Assembly: GCF_902652985.1 (NCBI RefSeq)
Contig: NC_047022.1
Span: 17,484,001 to 17,548,000, forward strand
Source: Pecten maximus
Lineage: Eukaryota
Length of the DNA: 64,000 bases
Direction of reading: 5' to 3'
Both the position numbers and the translations under genes were made by a program. Below, one piece after another: positions 54,341 through 64,000 of this stretch; positions within the stretch are counted from its first letter, which is position 1; each line of letters begins with the position of its first letter. Under the pieces are notes generated by a model that saw only the letters and a program-made list of their open reading frames with translations, did not search any database and was not told the origin of the DNA.

Positions 54341-56945
54341 CAATCAATTCAATTCAATTATTTTATTAGAGTGTCAAACAACTTACAACATATAAAATAC
54401 ATCATAAAATATTTCTCTTTCAAAGTAAGATATGTCCAGCCATTTATGACTTATTTAGACACTATAAAACAAAATAATAGTCTGAGATATTGCATGCTAA
54501 AAGTTAATAAGGTAAAGTTATCCCAAGCTATTAAAAATGGTACAGTACGTAGCCACGTTATGTTACAAGAATAAAAAGCTACGAAAAGTTGCTTCTTCTC
54601 CTCCACATAGCATAAAGTTGATTGGCGAGGAGATTTGGGGGAGATTTATCTAAAAGATATTTAAACTGATTAAAACTGTCCATACTATTAAAATCAACAT
54701 ATTTGTTAGCATCAACTAAAAGAGGCCAGCGTAAATCATCATAAAAATTACATCGTATTAAAAAATGAACTTCGTCTTCAACCTCATTTGATAAACAATA
54801 TTTACAGATTCTTTGTTTTATGGGTAAAATCGGCTTGGCATGCCGTCCCTTTTCAATTTCTAGGGAAAGTGACCCACATCTGAAGTTGCACAGCATACCT
54901 CTTCTCTCTTTAAATTTGACAAATTTCACATAATCACTTGTTGTAGGCTCATACTTATAGGTTCTATATAGACGTAATTTATTACCATTAACATTTCCAT
55001 CATCATTCCACAATAAATTTTGCCAACTGTCAGCATCAATATTTTGTAATTTTTCTTTGATATTTTTCAATTTCCAGTTTAATGATTTTTGTGCTGAAAT
55101 AATATCCACTAAATTAGACTTTACTATTAGATTGTGAACCCGCGAATCCCAAGAATTACGGAGAGACTTGGACCATTTATGAATTTTACTCAATATCCTA
55201 TCACTTTCCGTATTTTGTATTCTTAAATACAATCTTAAAACGTTTATAGTCTGTTTCGTGGTAGTTGACGTCCAACCCATGTCGCCCCTTGTGGCCAAGT
55301 TACTGGAAAACTTCGATGCTCCAAGAAAATATCGACAGGCCTTGTTTTGTAGTAATGTTTCTTCTCTGTAGGAGTTTATACCCCAGAGTCCACTCGCGAA
55401 GTAAGTTATAGGCTCCACTAAAGACATGTACAGTTTGGTATAAACCGAATAAGTCATACCTCCCGCGTGGGTGAACTTTGAGTAAAGGGCATAAAGGGCC
55501 CTACTCGCAGACTTGCACAAATCTCGTACAGCGAGATGTAGATCGATATGTTCATGAAACCACAATCCTAAGTATTTATACTTAGAACAAATGTCGATAT
55601 CAGAGTCGCCACACGTAAATTTAGATTGTGTTAAAGTCAAAGAAGGGTTACGGAAATGAACAACGTTAGTTTTGTCCTTGTTTATATACAGTTTCCATTG
55701 TTCACACCATTCTGCTAGTTTATCAAGCATATTTTGCATAGAGTTTTCATCCGGCGATATGATAGCTATATCATCCGCATACAGAAGGATGGATATCATT
55801 GTGTCTTCTACTTGAACACCACAGTTCATAGCGTTTATATCTTTCGCCAAGTCGTTTACGTAGATAGAGAAAAGTGTTGGTGAGGCTTTACAGCCTTGTT
55901 TTAATCCAGTCGAGACCCCGAATGGGTCAGTTAACTTTCCATTTACCCGAACCCTACTAGTGTTTTGTACGTAAAGTGATTGTATCGCTCGTAAAAATAA
56001 CCCGTCTATTCCGAGATGCCTCAACTTTAACCATAAAAGATCTCTATTAACGCTGTCAAATGCTTTTTTCATGTCCACAAAGCAGACGAACGTGGATTGT
56101 TTCCGTATTTTACGATTATTTAGAATGGTAAAAAGTGCATATTGGTGGTCAAGACAACTGCGATTTTTCCTGAATCCGTTTTGTTCATCGACTAGGATAT
56201 TGTTAACTTCTAACCAGCTATATAAGCGCTGATTAAGTATGTCTGCATAAATTTTGCACGGTATAGATATAAGAGATATCCCTCTATAGCTGTGTGGGTC
56301 CAATGGGTCTTTTCCCGCCTTTAATATAGGGGTTACAATACTTTCACCCCACATATCCGGAACTATGCCCGATCGGAATGAGTTACATATAATCCTGTGA
56401 AGTATGTCTATACAGGCTGGATTCCTCAGCACTGCACTTTGGATATCGTCTGTACCTGCCGCTTTGTTCAGTTTAGCTCGATACACGGCGTCCTCTACTT
56501 CTTTTATAGCTATGGAGTTGTTTAAAATGGTAATGTCTGTATCTAGCACAGGGCCCAGTGAATGTTTGAGATGATCTGTTGAAAATGTTGCATCGGAGTC
56601 AGACGGCACGTTGTATAACTCTTTGTAAGCATCGTGCCATACTCTTAAGACTTGCTCGTCGTCAGTAGTTATGTTACCATCCTTGTCTATCACTTTATCT
56701 GGTATCGATTTTTGGCGATCATTAGAGATACCCAATTGTCCTATTATCTTCCAGAAATCTCTGGGTGCAGTTTGCTAAGCTCTAATAGTTCTTGCTGTTT
56801 CGCTATTTGAAAGCGGCGTTTTTCCCGCCTTAGTGCCTGGTCAAAACTTTTTCGGTCATTAATATACATGATGTATATTGCACGAAGTTGTTCCCCTAAA
56901 CGTTTTGATCTCGTCCGATTTTCGAGCCATTTACGTTCACTATCA
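54341..56945 (-). mobile_element. Young non-LTR retrotransposon (RTE-X-like, clade tentative) with a 718-aa open RT / C-terminal zinc-knuckle ORF (56735-54579); 5' part missing
   Basis: SYRGISL, DEQNGFR, FVDMKKAFDSV, GLKQG, LLYADD, YKYLG and RICKYC..EDEVHFLIRC motifs, with an AATAAA+(TTGAA)n tail. One frameshift at ~56762. Confidence 0.9.
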
Positions 56946-57175
56946 TACGATGGCCGATATCGGACGGGCAAAATAGTGTTACTAGTAGTACGTTTTTGTC
57001 AACGAAAAATGTACGTACATATTGTGTGTCAAATTTATCTACTGCTATAGTAGTAGATAAATTTGTACACAAAAAGTGTACGTACAAATCCTGTGTCAAA
57101 AACCTGTTACTAGTAACACATTTTTGACACGAAATTTGTACGTACATATTTTATGTACAAATTTATCTACTACTT
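56946..57175. mobile_element. Probable left end of a DNA transposon with palindromic subterminal repeats
   Basis: A ~70-bp unit (GTTACTAGTA..TGTACGTACA..AAATTTATCTACT) occurs three times in alternating orientation, immediately upstream of the transposase promoter. Confidence 0.6.
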
Positions 57176-57250
57176 CCAAATATCAATTAACATTCCTTTT
57201 ATTCTTGATTGATTACCATGCGGCCGTATGCTGACTTTGCCTGATAAGGT

Positions 57251-57258
57251 TATAAAAG
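57251..57258 (+). promoter_or_regulatory. TATA box of the transposase gene
   Basis: TATAAAAG lies ~70 bp upstream of the ATG at 57320. Confidence 0.5.
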
Positions 57259-57319
57259 CCAGACCCAATCGGCGCGAATTTAAAGTATGCCGTTAAAGCC
57301 AGATTATCCAGCCGGCGTA

Positions 57320-60300
57320 ATGGAAGAAGGTAGGTGAATACTGCTTATATGAAATGTGTTTATAGACCATAAGTATTACATCAAATTCTCGTGTGATTTA
57401 ATTTTTTGATTTGCAGTTATGGAGCTGATGCTAAAATATGCCCGTCAAAACATGACATACAAGGAAATATCCTTGCTATTAGCCAAGGAGACAAATTTAC
57501 AACTCGGGTAAGCTTGAAAAATATCTCAATTACTTCATACTTGTTGATTAGCAAATCTTAATCAAACATAACAGTATATGGAAATTGTTATTTGTACCGT
57601 GAAAGTTAGGTACCTAATTTCAGTGTCGAAAGTTAGCTGTAGTGTATGCACCGATGCATTATATATACCGAATACGAAGTTATAACGGTCAGATAAACAT
57701 TTCATACACGGTAAAAATAATAAAACACACCCTGCTGTAACAGGAAATTGGGTCTTACATTGGACAAAACAACAAATCATGACAGGCGAGGTTGATATGT
57801 AAATGTGACAAGTTGTATGAATACTTGATACTTTTGTAAATGTTTGGTACGCCTATGTAAATTTATGAAAATTGAATTAGAGAACTGATTCCAAATATCA
57901 AGAATTATTAAGTGTAGATTAATATCGTCTTTATATTATAAAGTTCGTTTTGATAATGAAATGACTTTGAAAATGTTGTTCTAGTCCTGATGCAATTAGA
58001 AAAAGACTCCGACGTACAGGAACGCAAAGTCGAAAGGGAAACACTGCTCACACTGTTATTGAAGTGAAGAACATTATTCAAGTAGGTCTACTGCATATCA
58101 TACTTTTGGCAGGTATAATTCTAAAGAAAAACCTGGAGAAGACCAAGTCATTGTAATACAATATTGATTTTGTTATAAGTACTTCTGTATAATATAATCT
58201 GTATGTACGAAGCTATGATAGCAATTAAATATTAAGCACATGAGTTTTTTTGTGTGACAATTTTAGGAAGAATAATTCATTGTTTATTTTTATATTATCA
58301 CAAATAGAAACGTGCTGATGACATGTATTCAAACTTAAGGGGAAATCAAAATTAATTTTTTTCAGGCTTTGTTACCTGATTTGCCAAGCACTATCGGTTA
58401 CAGGCAAATGACCTGCATATTACGACAAAAACAAGTAAACATCCCAAGGTAACTATAAACATAAAGATAGAGAGGGAATGCAAGCGCTGTTCCTTAAAAA
58501 CAGAATTACCTAACTACATAATACAGATGTGGTATATAAATTTTGTTATGGTGTTCTGTTTTACATTATTGAGTAAACAAGAAAAAGATATGTATTTACC
58601 GCAAAATAGTGGCAAATAAATTGTAGTAAACTTTTTGACATCTTAACTTCACCAAATACAGGCCCAGTATAAGTATACTTATTATTGATCAGTATAAGAC
58701 TGAGACATGCATTCTTCGTTCAAGTTAAGACAAATAACATTTATATTGATCGTTGTAATAGGGATACAGTCATGAAGATAATGAGAGAACTTGATCCCAT
58801 TGGGGTGGATATTCGAAGAAGGCGTCGTATAAATCGAAGAATATACCGAACAATGGGTCCGAATCATGTGTGGCACGTGGACGGGTATGTTTATCCTATT
58901 GATATGCATGCTGAATGATAAATACGTTGATAAAGATAAATTTTAGATTTGTATTTCTTTGCGAATGTAGTTAAGCAAATTTGCAGTCAATTAAGAATTT
59001 ACTTTATTTCAGATACGATAAGCTGAAACCATACGGATTTCCCATACATGGGTGCATTGATGGGTAAATATCTTTTTATATTGTGTATTAGACTTACCAA
59101 AGTACTCATTAAGCGTGAGAATGCACGTCATGACGGGATGACTACGTAATTATTAATTTGATTAAATTATCATCAATCCGTAAATATGTTATGTCTATGT
59201 CTTTTGCCATCTTTAAAACGGGTCAAAGGAAATTTGCCCAATCCATATTAGAAATTGTACTCAATAGGGCGTGTTTTTAATGGGCTCTTAATCGGTCATA
59301 CTATCTAAGACTGCTATATATAATTGTCGCCACCACACGACGTATCAAAAGACTGATTATCAAGGCTTAATTCTATAACCATTAGAATTCACGGGATGCA
59401 AAACTCATTTTCAAAGTCTTCTCAGAAAAGGTCTTTCAGATATTTATGAAATTTTACTTCGTCCATGTTATCTCTGTTTTCTATCTAAAACAAACGCCAC
59501 AGTGTACACCATGTACACGTACATGCTTGTTGCCAAGGTATTGGCGGGAACTGCCTATACTCAAACAATGCGTCTAGCTACAATACCTGATTATATTGAT
59601 AATGTATAAGCGATTAATTAACAAGTTATAAGGTACAAGTCAATTACTAGGGCTCTATCTGAGAGTAAGATAACGAGGCTGGACACGTCAATTTAATTAA
59701 GTGTTAGTCCGATAACACTATGACACTAAGGTATTGCTGTCAATACACTCGATAGAATACCATATTCAATCCAAAACAATATACTCGGCAAGTCTCGTGC
59801 TGACCAGCAAAAATCTTTCAGTTTTGCAACTCGCAATGTACTATTCATGAATACCTGCACACGCAATTTACGGACACACACAACTTAAGCAGTTGAAATA
59901 AATATAACTTATAGTATTACTGTGCTTTCGATGTAGGTTTTCCAGGAAAATACTCTGGCTAAAGGTTGGTCCAACAAACAACGATCCGGAAGTGATTGCA
60001 TTCAATTTTGCACAATGCGTTGACGAATTAAAAGGTAACTTGTAAATTAGCTCTAGATAAAGCATGATTATTTTTTATTCAGAACCTTTATTTCCGAGAG
60101 TCTGAGGTACATTCAACATCTAAGGATATGTTTTCAAAAATGATATATCTTAAAACTCCAATTCATAGCCGATGAAATGCATTTATTCGTATGCGGGATA
60201 ATGTATACATTGGTAGAGGTGTCCATGCAATTGGTTACTGTAAATAGTAGTATTACTTATTTTATTGATATCTACTATATCATTAAGCTTTACCTGCTCC

Positions 60301-63300
60301 GCCCAATAACAATACATATATTGGAATAGTATTGACGAATATCAAGTATTTTGTAAACGGAATATTAATTAATTTTTCAAAGTTGAATTTTCGAAATTGG
60401 TTAATGAACTATTTTAATGGTCCTCTTTACTTATATATATCAACATTTGATACCGATTATGATGTGACATTTGTTTAAGATTTTCATCTAAGGTTCAAAG
60501 CATCATTGATGAATTGTACAAGGGCGAAACAATTGTGTGACGTAGTTTTATTTATTGAAATAATATCTTCCTATATTGCTTGGAATTCGGTGTTGTAAAG
60601 TTTTAGAAAACTACATAATAGGTTTTTGTCTTGGAATATACATATGCATTATAATGTACATGTATATATGTGTATTAAGAGCAGGAGAAATGCAGTATAA
60701 GTACCCATCTATGCTAGTAAAGATACAAGTTAAAGTTCTCCTTTTTGAATCATAAATAGGTTTTACACTCACCAGAACCTTTGATGTTACCAGAATGTAC
60801 GAGTTTTTTTTTCTTTAATCATGCATTTGATAAAATTATGGACATTTATAATCTCGTAAGAATGCTGTCAGTAACAATGATACTTGTTTATATCTACGTG
60901 TACATTAGAATTGTAAGTATCCTCAAAGCATTCATACCTTATTCTAAATAAAAACAACGCATTTTCAGGTTGTCCTATGGTTCTCCAGGCTGACCCCGGG
61001 ACAGAAAGTGGCATTATGGGTTCTCTTCAGTGCTTGTTCAGACATACGTCCAATGCTTCGTTTTCCGGCATACGCAGTTACCGTGTCGTAAGATCCATCT
61101 TCAATCAGGTACATCGCATACAAATATACAATTACCCGGACACAAGAGTTATTTCCTATGTAGGCATTCTTGTTTGCATTTGTGTATTTATTTGGATAGA
61201 CCTAGTCGCGTGCTTGCAAGGTTTCCGATGAAACTTCCAAAGTAGTCCATATAAGATGATCTTTACCCATCTGTACATGTGTGCCGTCTGCTACAAGGCG
61301 TCTTATTCTTTTTGTATATATATATGAGATGACTCACTTCCGTAGATGGCTAACCCCCATAGATGGTCCACTCCCGTAGATGGCCTACTGCAGTAGATGA
61401 CCCACACCTGTAGATGGCTCAATCCAGTAGATGACCCACTCCCGTTGATAGAACACTCTCATAGATGGCCTACTGCAGTAGATGGCTCACTCCCATAGAT
61501 GGCCCACTCCTGCAGATGGCCGACTCCCGTAGATGACACACCCTTATAGATGGCCCTCACCTGTCGATGGCCCACTCCAGTAGATTGCCTACTCTCCATA
61601 GATGACCCACTCCTGCAGATTGCCCACCTTTATAGATCGCCAATTCACTCCAGTAGATTACCCACTCCTGTAGATGGCCAACCCCTAAAGATTGCCAATT
61701 CCCGTTGATGCCAAGGCCTGTAGATGGCCCATTGCTATAGATGGCTCATTCTTATATATAGTAAACAGAATGGGGCAAATTTCAGGAGTGGACTATCTAC
61801 AGTAGTGAATCCAAACGTGCCATCTACAGATAATGCTTTATAGAAAAAAAGTTTTATAACTTCAAAATTGTATTTATTTGAACAAGATAACTTGTAATAT
61901 ACTTTGTGCAATAAATGTGTATTATCCAAAATGATAGCAGGTAGAGAAAACATTTGCAGTCATAATTTTTTTTTTTTTTTTTTTTTGCGTAGTCTAATTA
62001 AATATGTTGGGGAAAAACTAGTGAAGGTAGATGGATTTGTAAATCTTTGATAGTGTTTCATAGTGTTTCACTCTCCGCTATCGCTTTTAAGACTTATCTT
62101 TTATAAATTGCTGCTGCCAAACTATAGACTGTATTGGGATTAATTGGTACTCTGATACAATGTGATATGACAAGCTGCGCTCACCTCACTGACCTTTTTT
62201 TTTTTACAGAAGTTCTCTAAACTAACGCATGCGTACAGACACTTTTCTCCATGGCAAAATCCATAGCTCGCTGATATTATACTGCCTGGGTCTCGGGACG
62301 CTCATGTAACAACTAAGCATATTTTGATGAATTTTGTACGTATGAAACATTTCATATGTATATATCCTAAATATTTGGGTTGCCTACCTCGTTTATTCCA
62401 TTATGATAATATGCCTGCTCATCTCCGTTGGACTTATAATTTTTTTGATAAACTATTTGTTAATTAAATCAATCGATGAATTGCCAATGATGTATTTATT
62501 TAATTATGTATAATTATTTGGTTACTTTAAAAGTATTCTTCCATATTCTAATGGTCATTAAAAGTTAATGAATGAGAAGTCATTGGTTAAGGATTGGTTA
62601 TTGAAAAATAATTGATTATGAATCGCCTAGTGATTTTAAAATGGATAGAATATAAAACCATCACCCGACAGTCAGAACTAGCAACTGCCTTACGTGGGCT
62701 TAGAACACTTAATGAAGTAATTATCCTTACCAAGATTTAATGTTTTATTTTGCAATATTTACACTTGCGTTGATAGCTCAATGTTAACATTTTTCGATAT
62801 TTACGCATGGTGATTAGATTTGCACCAGAATAAAAGATATAACAAGTTATTTGAAAGTTACTGGCACTTCGGAAATTAGATCATGAAATGCAACATATAA
62901 AGTTGTAAATGAGTATCCGTTCTTAATGAAAATTGAATTAAAAGTAAGCAAATACAAAGACGGTCTTGGTGGAAGTTCGACGTCTGCATGACGTTGACAC
63001 CATCTTGTATCGACGTCTTGTCACCACTACTGTAAATTTTAGCGGCGCGATGTTCATCGTGTATCTTTTTTTCGAATATGTAGTATACAATGTATATCTT
63101 TTAAATTACATTCGTACTTCAGTACTGTCAAAAACATAAGATTACGGCTAACAAAATAAAAATAAAATGTTCAAAAATATCAAATGAAATATTTCTTCTT
63201 TGAACAATTTGGTTTACCGACGTTGTCAATGACGTCGCTCTTCCACGATGCGTATGAGGGATTTATTCTTAATAATGCATTGAATGTCGTGGCTACAAAA

Positions 63301-64000
63301 TGTAGCTTCATTGAAGTGTATTGACATCGGGGTAAGTGCAAAGTATACTTGGTGCACGTTAAGCAATATGTACTTATTCATCCAATGTCAATACACTTCG
63401 ATATAGCTACAGAAAATGAATAATAATCCTTAAATAATCAGATTATCCGACCAACATCTGGACGATGACACATGATTGATGTACCTTGCATGTGTCGATT
63501 TTTGCGCCCTGCATAATTTCCTTTTCCAGAACAGACTTATGTAAACCTTCACTTGTTTTATCTTAGCGCATCGAAGCCTGGTGGAGTGTAATGAGGCGGC
63601 AACAGTGCGAATGGTGGATTTCTTTCTTCAAAGATCTTGTTGAATTTGGTGGACTACACAAAGGAACTATTAACGAAATGTAGGACAAGATATTATAAGT
63701 ATAAAGATATCAAGATCAATCGTTATTACGTATAGTCATATCAAGAACACAGAAGATATTTATATTCTTCAAAACAGAACATACACATGAGAAAATTTTC
63801 ATCCTATGTAATGTGAACAAGTAAATGCCAACACTTAGATATCAGTTAATTTGTTTGACATTTGGTACCTTGCATGGGCTTTATTGATATGGTGTGATCC
63901 GCGTCTGATATTGGTATCTGAGGAAAACCAGCCGTTCATATAAATGACCAAAACATTACTCATATTTGATGTATGATTTCAGGCACTGCATACGATATTG
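57320..64000 (+). CDS. Multi-exon DDE integrase-core transposase (IS3EU-like), 3'-partial. Exons 57320-57329, 57417-57507, 57985-58081, 58366-58448, 58762-58884, 59013-59063, 59937-60034, 60969-61108, 63567-63679, 63983->64000
   Basis: All introns are GT-AG with compatible phases and there are no stops: MEEVMELMLKYARQNMTYKEISLLL..IRKRLRR..IGYRQMT..RDTVMKIMRELDPIGV..RRRINRRIY..GPNHVWHVDGYDKLKPYGFPIHGCIDGFSRKILWL..NNDP..GCPMVLQADPGTE..SIFNQRIEAWWS..WWISFFKDL..MHCIRY. Confidence 0.88.
61327..61751. repeat. 17-bp minisatellite (~25 degenerate copies) in transposase intron 8
   Basis: Unit TAGATGGCCCACTCCTG. Confidence 0.9.

Noticed and set aside
60498-60545. Hammerhead-like TTGATGA...GAAAC
   Set aside because: Stem II does not pair convincingly.

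Overview
AT-rich animal genomic DNA. The repeat families suggest a bivalve mollusc, possibly a scallop; this is inference. The core is a tandem array of three intact minus-strand genes, each with two coding exons, encoding ~1320-1345 aa family-B/adhesion/Methuselah-like 7TM receptors. Each has a large, internally duplicated Cys-rich ectodomain (SMB-like modules plus four CNxTGxW...KNxFCxxCN repeats) and no GPS motif. Copies 2 and 3 are a recent segmental duplication; copy 1 is older but shares near-identical gene-conversion tracts with them. The left end holds part of a Harbinger transposon (convergent Myb-like and HARBI1-type nuclease genes, right TIR). There are four LINEs: one hosts a nested solo LTR and one carries a 2A-like DIECNPGP peptide. 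Penelope-like remnants include a palindromic double hammerhead ribozyme. HINE/MITE elements and satellites are scattered throughout. The right end holds an intact, at least 10-exon DDE integrase-like (IS3EU-type) transposase gene that the ORF track almost entirely misses and that runs off the window. All gene models were spliced and translated by eye.
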